Assembly: GCA_041653595.1 (NCBI GenBank)
Contig: JBAZFB010000007.1
Location: forward strand, 18,527 to 82,526
From: Candidatus Omnitrophota bacterium
GTDB lineage: Bacteria > Omnitrophota > Gorgyraeia > Pluralincolimonadales > Pluralincolimonadaceae
DNA: 64,000 nt
Direction: 5' to 3'
Both the position numbers and the translations under genes were made by a program. Shown here in pieces: positions 29,067-41,791 of the stretch (positions are counted from its first letter, which is position 1; every line of letters starts with the position of its first letter). The notes beneath the pieces were generated by a model. It did no database searches. It saw nothing but the letters and a program-made list of their open reading frames with translations, and was not told the origin of the DNA.

Positions 29067-30281
29067 TCACCTTCTTAACACTTTTACCAGGTCGAACATA
29101 GGAACCAATATCGAGGCCATGATGACGGCCACGACACTACCCATTATCAATAAAAATGCCGGCTCGAGAAGGGACGTGAGCCTCTTTATGTGATAAGCGA
29201 CGGCCGCCTCGTAGAGATCGGCGACCTTATTCAGCATTATGTCGAGGTTGCCGGTCTCCTCGCCTGCCGCGATCATCTGGACCGTATCCGGAGGGAACTC
29301 CGCGCTCGCTTTAAGCGGCTCTGATATCTTGCTCCCGCCGCGCACCGCCTCGCGCGCTTTCGCGACCACGCGCGATAAGACCTCGTTGCCGATAGTCGCC
29401 TCGAGTATCTCCAGCGATTCGAGTATATCCACGCCGCTCGCCGAAAGCGTGGAGAGCATCCGGGCGAACCTGGCTATGGCCGCCTTGCGGATGAGCGGAC
29501 CGACCACCGGGACGGCGAGTTTAAGGCCGTCGACCTTTAAGCGCCCTCCGCGGGTATCCGCGTAGATACGCGCGGCCAGGAAAAGCGCGGTCAGGCCGAG
29601 GGCGAAAATGTACCAGTAATCTTTTATCGCCATCCCCGCGCCGTAGAGTATGCGCGTGACGATCGGGAGCGGAATATTTGCCCGCAAGAATATATCCGCG
29701 AACTTCGGTATTATGAACGTAACTATGAATAAAATAACGACGGCCGCGGCTACGGACAGGACCGCGGGATACAATAACGCGCCGCTGACCTTCTGCCTAA
29801 GGTCCAGCTCGTTCTCGCCGAAATCGGCCAGCCTCTTCAACACGAGGGAAAGGTTGCCGCTCGCCTCGCCCGCCTTGACCATGCTTATCGTGAGCCTGGA
29901 AAAAGCCAGCGGGTGGGCCATAAGCGCCTCAGAGAGCGAAGAACCTGTCTCCACCTTGACCGTGACGTCTTCCAGTAATTTTCTAAGCCTCCTGTTCTCC
30001 GTCTGAGCGGAGATGGTCCTAAGCGAGGTCAAGAGGGGCAATCCCGCTTCGAGCATATTCGATAATTGGATATTAAAGAATATCATATCCTCGGGTTTTA
30101 TGCCCCCGAACCCGCCGATAAAGTCCCCGACAGAAAATCCGCCGGAGGCGACCGAGACCCCGGTTATAACATACCCCATCTTGCGGAGTTTTTCGACGAG
30201 ATCGGCCTCTGCCGGAGCTTCCATCACCCCTTCCACGAATTTCCCCGATTCGTCTCTCGCCTTATAGCGGTATAGGGACAT
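29067..30281 (-). CDS. gspF: type II secretion / type IV pilus inner-membrane platform protein (GspF/PilC family)
   Basis: 404 aa with duplicated T2SSF domains and three TM segments; typical GspF/PilC. Confidence 0.95.
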   Translation of the reverse strand: MSLYRYKARDESGKFVEGVMEAPAEADLVEKLRKMGYVITGVSVASGGFSVGDFIGGFGGIKPEDMIFFNIQLSNMLEAGLPLLTSLRTISAQTENRRLRKLLEDVTVKVETGSSLSEALMAHPLAFSRLTISMVKAGEASGNLSLVLKRLADFGENELDLRQKVSGALLYPAVLSVAAAVVILFIVTFIIPKFADIFLRANIPLPIVTRILYGAGMAIKDYWYIFALGLTALFLAARIYADTRGGRLKVDGLKLAVPVVGPLIRKAAIARFARMLSTLSASGVDILESLEILEATIGNEVLSRVVAKAREAVRGGSKISEPLKASAEFPPDTVQMIAAGEETGNLDIMLNKVADLYEAAVAYHIKRLTSLLEPAFLLIMGSVVAVIMASILVPMFDLVKVLRR

Positions 30282-30283
30282 GC

Positions 30284-31981
30284 CTATTCTTCCTGTTGGG
30301 TGACCCTCAGGACTTCCTCGAGGGTAGTTATGCCGGCCTTGACCTTCTCTATGCCGTCCTCCTGCATCGTCTTCATTCCGTTCTTGATAGCGGCCTTCCT
30401 TATCTCCGCGGAAGAGGATTTTGCGACGGTAAGCGCCCTTATGGCGTCGTCGGGAAGCATCAATTCGAATATGCCGACCCTGCCTTTATACCCGGTATGC
30501 AGGCACTTGTCGCAGCCCCTGCCGCGGTAAAACTTTACCTGTTTCGATGATGACAGGCCCACCTCTTCCGATAATTTCGCGGAGGGGACGTAGTTCTCCC
30601 TGCAATCCTTGCATATGACGCGGACGAGCCTCTGGGCTATGACGGCCAGGACCGAAGAGCTGACCAGGAACGGTTCGACGCCCATGTCCACGAGGCGCGC
30701 GACCGCGCCGGGAGCGTCGTTGGTATGGAGCGTGGATAATACGAGATGGCCGGTAAGCGCCGCCTGTATCGCCACCTCGGCGGTGTCGAGGTCGCGGATC
30801 TCGCCGACCATTATGATGTCCGGGTCCTGCCGGAGGATGGAACGCAGGCCGTTCGCGAAAGTGAGCCCGGCCTTCGTATTTATCTGCATCTGCCGCACGA
30901 GCTTCAACCTGTATTCGATCGGATCCTCTATCGTCACGATATTCTTTTCCGGGGAATTTATGGTGCTTAACGAGGAATAGAGCGTGGTCGTCTTTCCGGA
31001 GCCGGTCGGGCCGGTCACGAGTATTATGCCGTAAGGCCTGCGTATAAGTTTCTCGTATACGTTAAGCATCTCCCGGGAGAAACCGAGTTCGCTCAATCCC
31101 AAGAGGATGCTGTTCAGGTCGAGGAGCCTTATGACGACATTCTCGCCGTATACGGTAGGTATCGTCGAGACCCTGCAGTCTATCTGGCGGTTCTCGATCT
31201 TCAGCTGGAACCTCCCGTCCTGGGGGACCCTCCTCTCCGCGATATCCATTCCCGAGAGGATCTTTATCCTCGATATTATCGCCGACTGGAGGTCTTTCGG
31301 CGGGGAGATGACCTCGTGCAGGACGCCGTCAACCCTGTATCTCGTCCCCAGGAAGATCTCGTCGGGTTCTATGTGTATATCCGAGGCCCCGGCCTTTATC
31401 GCCTCGCTTATCAGGAGATTCACGAGCTTGACTATCGGCGCCTCCTCGACGAGCCCCTGCAGGGCCTTGAGGTCGGATTCCGCGCCCTCTTTTATCTGAA
31501 ATTTATCTTTATCGACGGATTTTACGATATCATCCATCGTCCCGCGCGCGCCGTAATACTGGTCGAAGGCCCCGATAAGTTCCTTCTCCGGGACGACGAC
31601 AGGCTCCACTTCGCATTTGGCCTTAAGGCGGGCTTCGTCCAGGGCAAAGATATCCAGCGGGTCTACCATGGCGATGGTAAGGGTCCCTCCGATCTTGAAT
31701 AAAGGAAGGATCATGTTCTTTCTGCAGAAATTTTCGGGGAGGATATCGATGACTTTTGGGTCGATGAAATAATTCGAGAAATCTATGCGCGGGATGCCGA
31801 GCTGCTGCTCGAAAAAGGAGATGATGGCGTCCTCTTCGACCATGCCGAGCCTTGTCAGGACGCGGCGAAGAGGCTCTTTTGTCCTGTCGGCCTCCTCCTT
31901 AGCCTTCTTGAGCTTCTCCGGAGTAACAAGGCCGCGCTCGACCAGAGCTTCGCCAAGAGACTTCTTCTCTCCCTTCGGCAT
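30284..31981 (-). CDS. gspE: type II secretion / type IV pilus assembly ATPase (GspE/PilB family) with an N-terminal T2SSE_N-like domain
   Basis: Walker A GPTGSGKTT, Asp box, His box, and a tetracysteine motif (CKDC...CDKC). N-terminal ~150 aa extension. ATG at 31979-31981 is preceded by AAGGAG; the track start at 31987 is GTG. Confidence 0.95.
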   Translation of the reverse strand: MPKGEKKSLGEALVERGLVTPEKLKKAKEEADRTKEPLRRVLTRLGMVEEDAIISFFEQQLGIPRIDFSNYFIDPKVIDILPENFCRKNMILPLFKIGGTLTIAMVDPLDIFALDEARLKAKCEVEPVVVPEKELIGAFDQYYGARGTMDDIVKSVDKDKFQIKEGAESDLKALQGLVEEAPIVKLVNLLISEAIKAGASDIHIEPDEIFLGTRYRVDGVLHEVISPPKDLQSAIISRIKILSGMDIAERRVPQDGRFQLKIENRQIDCRVSTIPTVYGENVVIRLLDLNSILLGLSELGFSREMLNVYEKLIRRPYGIILVTGPTGSGKTTTLYSSLSTINSPEKNIVTIEDPIEYRLKLVRQMQINTKAGLTFANGLRSILRQDPDIIMVGEIRDLDTAEVAIQAALTGHLVLSTLHTNDAPGAVARLVDMGVEPFLVSSSVLAVIAQRLVRVICKDCRENYVPSAKLSEEVGLSSSKQVKFYRGRGCDKCLHTGYKGRVGIFELMLPDDAIRALTVAKSSSAEIRKAAIKNGMKTMQEDGIEKVKAGITTLEEVLRVTQQEE

Positions 31982-32048
31982 CACCACTCCTTGTAAGAAG
32001 GGCTGCTTTTTTACGACTTTTTAAATTGTTAACTTATTCCGATTAAAT

Positions 32049-32078
32049 AGTATACGTGAGCGGGATTTTTTTGTCAAC
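32049..32078 (-). promoter_or_regulatory. candidate sigma70 promoter TTGACA-N18-TATACT in the kdsC-gspE intergenic region, reading into gspE
   Basis: Minus-strand sequence cgtTGACAaaaaaatcccgctcacgTATACTatttaatcgg, ~60 nt upstream of the gspE ATG. AT-rich 108-bp gap. Confidence 0.45.
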
Positions 32079-32095
32079 GTATTTTGGGCTGGGGA

Positions 32096-32605
32096 CTATT
32101 CCGGCCATTTATTCTGGGCCTTGAGGATGATCTCTATAAGCTCGCGTATCGCGCCGCGGCCGCTTCCTGCATTCGTGGTGTAATGGGCGGCGGATTTGAC
32201 CTCGGGCCTGCTGTAAGGGACCGCGACGGCGAGGCCGGCGCGCTTCATGATCGGCATATCTATCAGGTCGTCACCGATAAAGCACGCCTCTTCATCGGTA
32301 ATCTTGAATATCCTGAGGAGCTTTTCATAGGCCGCGCCCTTGTCTTTCACGTTCATAAAGGCCTTGGTGATATGGCAGACCTTCGCCCTGCGGGAGACTA
32401 TGCGGGATTTCTTGGCGGTCACTATCGCGGACTTCAGGCCGGCCCTCCACCAGAGGGTCAGGCCGTACCCGTCCTGAACGTCGAACGCCTTGAACTCGTC
32501 GCCGTAGTTGTCGTATATTATCTTGCCGTCTGTCATGACCCCGTCGACGTCCAGGATAAGCAGCTTTATCTTGGCGGCCCTTTCCCGGATATCCATACTA
32601 AACAA
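32096..32605 (-). CDS. kdsC: 3-deoxy-D-manno-octulosonate 8-phosphate phosphatase (HAD family)
   Basis: LLILDVDGVMTDG HAD motif I and GDDLIDMP motif, 169 aa. Downstream of kdsD. Confidence 0.9.
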   Translation of the reverse strand: MFSMDIRERAAKIKLLILDVDGVMTDGKIIYDNYGDEFKAFDVQDGYGLTLWWRAGLKSAIVTAKKSRIVSRRAKVCHITKAFMNVKDKGAAYEKLLRIFKITDEEACFIGDDLIDMPIMKRAGLAVAVPYSRPEVKSAAHYTTNAGSGRGAIRELIEIILKAQNKWPE

Positions 32606-33554
32606 GCCCCGCCTTCAAGAGATCCTGCACGTCGACAAGGCCTATAGGCCTCCTCTTATTGTCGACAACCGGTATCTCGTCTATCTTCCTCTCGCGCAGG
32701 ATCCGGAACGCGTCCGCGGCGAGCATCTCTTTCGATATGGTTATAGGGTTCCTTGTCATGACTTCCCTGACCTGTCTCAGGGGGAGCGCGGCGTCTTTTC
32801 CAAGGTGCCGCCTCAGGTCGCCGTCGGTGAATATGCCGACTAGGACGCCTTTCTTGTTCACTACGCTTGCCGAACCGGCCCGCGCCTCGGTTATTCTAAG
32901 GAGGACGGCCTTTACCTTCGCGTCATCTTTCACTACCGGGTTTGCCTTGCCTTTCCTCATGATATCCCCGACTTTCAGGATAAGCCTCTTGCCGAGGGAG
33001 CCGCCCGGGTGATAGAACGCGAAATCCTCTTCTTTAAAACCGCGGCGGTCGAGCAGGGTTATCGCGAGCGCGTCTCCCATCGCGAGCATCGCTGTCGTCG
33101 ACGCGGTTGGGGCGAGGTTCAGGGGGCACGCCTCCCTCTTGACCGCGACGTTAAGCACGACATCGCTGTACCTGGCGAGCGAAGACTCCGTATTCCCCAC
33201 CATCGCTATGAGCTTCGCGCCGATCTTCTTTAAAGTGGGAAGGAGCCTTATAATCTCCTCAGTCTCTCCCGAATTTGATATGGCCAGGACGACATCGTCT
33301 TTCGTGACCCTGCCGAGGTCGCCGTGTATCGCGTCGGCCGGATGCAGGTAGAGGCTGGGCGTCCCGGTCGACGACAATGTCGCCGAGATCTTCGCGCTGA
33401 TAAAACCGGGTTTCCCCATTCCGGTAACGACCACCTTTCCCCTGCAGGCAAGCATGAGCTTGACCGCCTTTTCGAAATTCGCGTCGACCCGCTTTATGAG
33501 CGAAAAAATAGCTTCCGCCTCGATCTTAAGGACCTCCTTAGCCCGCCTCATCAT
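32598..33554 (-). CDS. kdsD: arabinose-5-phosphate isomerase (SIS domain plus tandem CBS domains)
   Basis: SIS domain (VVVTGMGKPGFISAKISATLSSTGTPS) and C-terminal CBS pair, 318 aa. Confidence 0.9.
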   Translation of the reverse strand: MMRRAKEVLKIEAEAIFSLIKRVDANFEKAVKLMLACRGKVVVTGMGKPGFISAKISATLSSTGTPSLYLHPADAIHGDLGRVTKDDVVLAISNSGETEEIIRLLPTLKKIGAKLIAMVGNTESSLARYSDVVLNVAVKREACPLNLAPTASTTAMLAMGDALAITLLDRRGFKEEDFAFYHPGGSLGKRLILKVGDIMRKGKANPVVKDDAKVKAVLLRITEARAGSASVVNKKGVLVGIFTDGDLRRHLGKDAALPLRQVREVMTRNPITISKEMLAADAFRILRERKIDEIPVVDNKRRPIGLVDVQDLLKAGLV

Positions 33555-33557
33555 CTC

Positions 33558-36737
<3,180 letters not shown>

Positions 36738-36750
<13 letters not shown>

Positions 36751-37742
36751 TGGTGGTCTTTTATGCGCGCTTTCAATTCATTCTGCGATGTCGTCGCGAC
36801 ACCGACCTTCCCGACTACTATACCTCCGGCGAAATTGGAGATATGCGCGGACTCTATCATCTTCGCCCCGGCGCATAAGGCCGCCGCGAAGACCGCGATC
36901 ACCGTATCCCCGGCGCCTGATACGTCGAATACCTCCTGCGCGACTGTCGGGATATGTGTTATCCTGCCTCCGCGCTCAAAGAGCCGCATTCCTTGCTCGC
37001 CCAATGTGATGAGCGCAGCCTGCAGTTTTAACCTCTGCAGGAGGGACCGGCCCAGCCTGTTCAATGACGCGTCGTCCGACGCCTTTATGCCGCCCATCGC
37101 CTCCGCCTCTTTGCGGTTGGGGGTTATGACTGTCACCCCTTTGTAATATGAAATATGCTCTTCCTTCGGGTCGACGGCTATCACTTTCCCGTGCTTTCTC
37201 GCGAGAGGGATCACTTCTTTCAGGACGGCCGGGGTTATGACCCCTTTGCCGTAATCTTCTATTATTATGCCGTCAACATCTTTTATCTTTTTCTTTATGT
37301 AATCTGCGAGTTCTTTATGGACCGGCCCGCTTAAATGGCTGGAATTCTCCCGGTCTATCCTCACGACCTGCTGGTGGCGCGCGACGACCCTCGTCTTCAA
37401 TGTCGTTGGCCTGCCGGGGTCCGAGACGATGCCCTCAAGGTTTACGCCCTTCTTCTTCAGGATAGTCTCGAGCTGCCGGCCATGCTCGTCTTTCCCTATC
37501 ACGCCGGCGAGATACGCCTTCGCCCCTATCGCGCTTATATTGTTCGCCACGTTAGCCGCGCCGCCCGGCATAAGCGACTCGCGCTCTACCAGGACGACAG
37601 GCACCGGCGCCTCGGGCGATATCCTCGATGAATCGCCCCATATGAACTCGTCGAGTATCAGGTCCCCGATGACCAATATCTTCACGCCCTTGAATTTCGA
37701 TATCGTATGCTCTATCTTAGAGAGGTCGTCGTGCTTTAACAT
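36738..37742 (-). CDS. hldA: D-glycero-beta-D-manno-heptose-7-phosphate kinase (RfaE domain I / HldA-type pfkB sugar kinase)
   Basis: pfkB ribokinase fold with GAGDT motif (DVSGAGDTVIA), 334 aa. Stand-alone kinase domain with no fused adenylyltransferase. Confidence 0.8.
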
Positions 37743-37743
37743 A

Positions 37744-38661
37744 TCAGCGCCTTTTCTTTTTTTTGAGAATGGATACGTAATCTTTTATCCCCTTTTCGAT
37801 GCCGTATTGGGGAATGAATTTAAGCTCGGCCCTGCTCCAGGACATATCCGCGTGCGTCCTGTCCTGGTAAAAACCGTAGGGGTTGTCGAAATACTCCGGC
37901 TGCAGGTCTTTCTTCATCGCCTTATCCAGGACCTCTATCACCTTATTGAAAGTATTCGGCTCTCCGGTCCCGGCGTTAAATACGCCGCTCTTATCGTATT
38001 TTAAGGCTTTCAAATTCGCGCCGACGATGTCTTTGACGTATACGAAATCGCGGTACTGCTCGCCCCACTTGAATATCCTCGGGTTCTTCCCGGCCGCCAT
38101 CTGCAGGTAGAGCTGGTATATCATGCTCGCCGCCTTTTTCTTGTGCGTCTCGCCCGGGCCGTATACGTTGAAATAGCGCAGGCCGATGACCGAGAAATCC
38201 GGGTTCTCCTTCACGAAGGCCTTCGCGGCCTGTTCCATCCTGACCTTGCTCTCGCCGTATATGTTCGCCGGCGCGGGCCTGTCGGTCTCCTTCATCGGGA
38301 CTTTCCCTTTCCCGTAAGTCGCGGCGCTCGAGGCATAGACTATCTTTTTGCAGCCGATGGATTTCGCGTATATGAGGAGGCGCTTGAAGGCGTCAACGTT
38401 CACCGAGAACATCAGGTTCCTGTCGGTCACGGTAGTGTCGGTTATCGCGGCCTCATGGAATATCGCGTCGCATTCTTTGAGGAATTTAGGGTAATTCGCG
38501 TTGCGGATGTCGGCGTGCATGAAATCGCCCTTGTAGCGGGCGAGGTTCTCCCTCTTTCCCTCCGAAAGGTCGTCCAAGGCGGTGACTTTGCCGTGTTTTT
38601 GGAGCTCTAAAGCGAGGTTGGAGCCGATCAATCCGGCGGCTCCGGTAACCAGGAATTTCAT
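37744..38661 (-). CDS. hldD: ADP-L-glycero-D-manno-heptose-6-epimerase
   Basis: MKFLVTGAAGLIGSNL Rossmann motif and SDR-extended fold, ~305 aa. Start trimmed to the ATG at 38659-38661, preceded by AAGGGG. Confidence 0.9.
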   Translation of the reverse strand: MKFLVTGAAGLIGSNLALELQKHGKVTALDDLSEGKRENLARYKGDFMHADIRNANYPKFLKECDAIFHEAAITDTTVTDRNLMFSVNVDAFKRLLIYAKSIGCKKIVYASSAATYGKGKVPMKETDRPAPANIYGESKVRMEQAAKAFVKENPDFSVIGLRYFNVYGPGETHKKKAASMIYQLYLQMAAGKNPRIFKWGEQYRDFVYVKDIVGANLKALKYDKSGVFNAGTGEPNTFNKVIEVLDKAMKKDLQPEYFDNPYGFYQDRTHADMSWSRAELKFIPQYGIEKGIKDYVSILKKKKRR

Positions 38662-38686
38662 TATTGATAACCCCTTGTTCTTCCAA

Positions 38687-38715
38687 AGTTTACCACCAAC
38701 CTGCCCCGATGTCAA
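38687..38715 (-). promoter_or_regulatory. candidate promoter TTGACA-N17-TAAACT upstream of hldD
   Basis: Minus-strand sequence aaTTGACAtcggggcaggttggtggTAAACTttgg in the 94-bp gap; the -10 is a 4/6 match. Confidence 0.3.
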
Positions 38716-38755
38716 TTCCTATCCTTGGATCTCAGCGGTTTATGCGGGAAAGATA

Positions 38756-39826
38756 TCAGGTCTTAGTGAGGAGGCTTTCGGCGGCGGTCAAGACTTCCTC
38801 GACCGTGATGGCGTCGAGGCATTTGAAGCTGAGCTTGCAGTTGTGCGCGAGGCATTCCTCGCACCCTACATCCTTGTGGATGACGATGTCGTCCGGTCCG
38901 ACCGGGCCCCACCTCTGCGGCGAGAGGCCGGGATCGAGGCGGCCGAAGATCGAGACCACGGGCGTGCCTACGGCAACAGCGATATGGACCGGGCCGGAAT
39001 CGTTGGAGATAAGGAGCTTGCACTTCTTGAGCAGCGCGGCGACTTCGCCGAGCGAATGCTCTTCGGATAGGACCAGGGGCTTGTGGAGCATCCCTGTCTC
39101 GACCTCCTTTACGGTGTTGACATCCGACGGCCCTCCGATTATCACTATCTTAACGTTGTGCTTGTCGATAAGCTCGTCGGCCACGCGCCCGAACCTGTAT
39201 GCCGCCCAGCGTTTCGACCGGCAGCTCGCGCCCGGATGCACCGCGACGATGGTATCCTTTCCGCCGAGGTCGTTCAACGCCATAAACCTGTCGATAACCC
39301 TTTCATATTCCGGCTTCACCGGCATATACAGCGTCCTGTCTTTCGCGGCTATGCCGATCGCGCGCAGGACATCGAAATTATAATCTATCTCGTGCTTCTC
39401 GCCCAGGTGCTTCGTGTCCTTAAGCCGCTTCGTCAGTAAAAAACCCCACCTCTTGTCATAACCGGCGCGTTCCGGTATGCCCGCCAGGAAAGGTATGAGG
39501 TTAGACCTGAGGGTCGGGTGCAGGATTATCGCGAGGTTGAAACCTTTCCTCCTCAACTCAAGTATGAACTTGAGGCTGCCGAAGAACCCGTTATGCTTAT
39601 TATCCTTGTCGTAGAGTATGACCTCGTCCAGGTACGGGTTCCCGTCAACGATATCCTCCACATACGGCCGCGCCATGAACGCTATATGGGAGTTGGGATA
39701 CGCCTCCCTCACGGCCTTTATCGACGGAGTGGAAAGGAGCACGTCGCCTATCCTGTCCGTCCTGATGATGAGTATCCTGTATTTTCTTTTATTTGCGTTC
39801 ATCGAGTATCTTCTTCGCCGCGTCAA
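38756..39826 (-). CDS. glycosyltransferase family 9 (ADP-heptose:LPS heptosyltransferase-like), copy 1
   Basis: GT9 N-terminal signature ILIIRTDRIGDVLLSTP and C-terminal ISNDSGPVHIAVAVGTP. Confidence 0.85.
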   Translation of the reverse strand: MTRRRRYSMNANKRKYRILIIRTDRIGDVLLSTPSIKAVREAYPNSHIAFMARPYVEDIVDGNPYLDEVILYDKDNKHNGFFGSLKFILELRRKGFNLAIILHPTLRSNLIPFLAGIPERAGYDKRWGFLLTKRLKDTKHLGEKHEIDYNFDVLRAIGIAAKDRTLYMPVKPEYERVIDRFMALNDLGGKDTIVAVHPGASCRSKRWAAYRFGRVADELIDKHNVKIVIIGGPSDVNTVKEVETGMLHKPLVLSEEHSLGEVAALLKKCKLLISNDSGPVHIAVAVGTPVVSIFGRLDPGLSPQRWGPVGPDDIVIHKDVGCEECLAHNCKLSFKCLDAITVEEVLTAAESLLTKT

Positions 39827-40760
39827 AGACTTCGTCGGCGCTCACCGCCTTCATGCATTCGAGGTTATACCTGCACAATGCCGTCTCGCACGGCGAACAA
39901 TGTAGCTCCTTAAATACCGCGGTCCCGGCCCCTGCCCTCGGGCCGTACTTCACGGGATCTGTCGGCCCGAATATCGCGACCGCCGGCGTCCCGATCGAAC
40001 CGGCTATATGCAGCGGCGCGCTGTCGTTGGTCACCAGGAGAGAGGACCGTTTTATGATGCACACCAGCTCGCGCAGGTCCGTCATCCCGGCTACCGATAC
40101 CGCGTAATTCCTCATCTTTGCCAGTATCCTTTCGCAGATCTCTTTGTCGGAATCGTCGCCGACGAAAATTATCTTCAACTTGAAGGCGTCGATGAGCAGA
40201 TCGCAGGCCCCGGCGAACCCGTCTTCCCTCCATCTCTTTATATGGCTCTTCGCGCCCGGGCTCACGCATATATATTTATCGTCGCTGAGTATCCCTTTTG
40301 CGGTCAACAGCCTCGAAGCCCTTTCGGAGTCGTCCCTGCCTATCCATACGGGATACGGCCCGCCGGCGGCTGTGATACCGAATTCCCTGATCTTCGCCAG
40401 ATGCTCGTCTATCTTATGGCATACTTCCCCTGCCCGGCCTTTCACATGTTTATTGCAAAACCGGGCGCCCACGAAAAGGCCGAACAGGCTGCTGCGCAGG
40501 TCGATAAGAAGGTCGTACCTGTTGCGCCTGAGGCGGGCCAGAAGCTTTATCTTGGAAACCGGCGGCTCGGAGTTGCGGTAGACATACATCTTCCCTATGC
40601 GCGGATCGCCCTCGAATAACTCCGCGGCGCGGGGCCCTGCCACAACATCTATCGCCGCGTCCTTGAAATTTTCCCGCAGCGCGCCGATGACCGGGAACGT
40701 CAGGACGACGTCGCCGATATTGCTTAACGTCACGACGAGTATCTTCTTTATGTTTTCCAT
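39789..40760 (-). CDS. glycosyltransferase family 9 heptosyltransferase-like, copy 2
   Basis: ILVVTLSNIGDVVLTFP ... VTNDSAPLHIAGSIGTP. Start trimmed to MENIKK. Confidence 0.85.
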   Translation of the reverse strand: MENIKKILVVTLSNIGDVVLTFPVIGALRENFKDAAIDVVAGPRAAELFEGDPRIGKMYVYRNSEPPVSKIKLLARLRRNRYDLLIDLRSSLFGLFVGARFCNKHVKGRAGEVCHKIDEHLAKIREFGITAAGGPYPVWIGRDDSERASRLLTAKGILSDDKYICVSPGAKSHIKRWREDGFAGACDLLIDAFKLKIIFVGDDSDKEICERILAKMRNYAVSVAGMTDLRELVCIIKRSSLLVTNDSAPLHIAGSIGTPAVAIFGPTDPVKYGPRAGAGTAVFKELHCSPCETALCRYNLECMKAVSADEVFDAAKKILDERK

Positions 40761-41791
40761 TTGAGGAGCTTTTCCGCCTCGAGCATAACATCTTCCACGG
40801 TAACGGCCTTCATGCAAAGAGCTTCTTCGCACTTAAGGTCATAACAAGGTGTCTTGCATCCGGGCTTTCCCGAATCCTTCTGAATGACCGCATATATTCC
40901 CTCCCCGTACGGCCCGGTGATCTTGGGGTCGGTGGGGCCGAATATCGCTATCGTCCTGGCGCCCTGGCTCACCGCTATATGCATAGGGCCCGAATCATTG
41001 GAGATGACAAGGGAAGCGCGTTTCATTATCGCGGCCAGCTGCCTTATAGTAGTCTCGCCGGCGGCGATGACGGGCTTATGCTTCATCATGCCGGATATCT
41101 TATTAGACAACTCAACGTCCTTTTGCGCCCCGGTAATGATAATGGGAACCTTATATTTTTCGTTTAACCTGTCGCCCAGTCCGGAAAAATCCACGGCCGG
41201 CCAGCGCTTGGGGTCCCAGTTCCCGCCGGGGTTCAATATGATGAACCTGTCGCCCTCGCCTATGCCGTGCGACTGCAAGAACTCGCCGGCGAAGGCTTCG
41301 TCTTCCTTGCCGGTGAATAATTCCATGCTCTTCCCGTCGTCTTCACCCGTTATGACCTTTACGATATTAAGGAACTGCTCGACCTTATGGATATCCGGCG
41401 GCTGGGGCTTTATCTTCTTCGTAAGGAGAAAACCCCTTTTCGGGTTGTCTATGCCTACCCGCTCCCTGATCCCGGAGAGCGCGACCATGAGCGTCCGCGT
41501 AAGCGACCTGTGGAAGAGGAAGACGCAGTCGAAACGGCGCGACCTTAACTCCGAAATAAGCTTGAGCTTGCCGATCAGCCCTTTATTCCTGCCCTTTTCG
41601 TCGTATATTATCAGTTCGTTCAGGTGCGGGTTTAGCTCGAGGATCTCTTCGCAGCGGGGCACGACCATGCACGCTATGTGGGCCCCGGGAAAATGCTTCC
41701 TGAGCGCCCTGATGGCCGGCGTCGAGAAGAGGACGTCCCCTATCCAGTTCACATTGACTATCAGTATTCTGTCGATTTTTTCTTTTTCCAT
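40748..41791 (-). CDS. glycosyltransferase family 9 heptosyltransferase-like, copy 3
   Basis: ILIVNVNWIGDVLFSTP ... ISNDSGPMHIAVSQGAR. Confidence 0.85.
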   Translation of the reverse strand: MEKEKIDRILIVNVNWIGDVLFSTPAIRALRKHFPGAHIACMVVPRCEEILELNPHLNELIIYDEKGRNKGLIGKLKLISELRSRRFDCVFLFHRSLTRTLMVALSGIRERVGIDNPKRGFLLTKKIKPQPPDIHKVEQFLNIVKVITGEDDGKSMELFTGKEDEAFAGEFLQSHGIGEGDRFIILNPGGNWDPKRWPAVDFSGLGDRLNEKYKVPIIITGAQKDVELSNKISGMMKHKPVIAAGETTIRQLAAIMKRASLVISNDSGPMHIAVSQGARTIAIFGPTDPKITGPYGEGIYAVIQKDSGKPGCKTPCYDLKCEEALCMKAVTVEDVMLEAEKLLKWKT

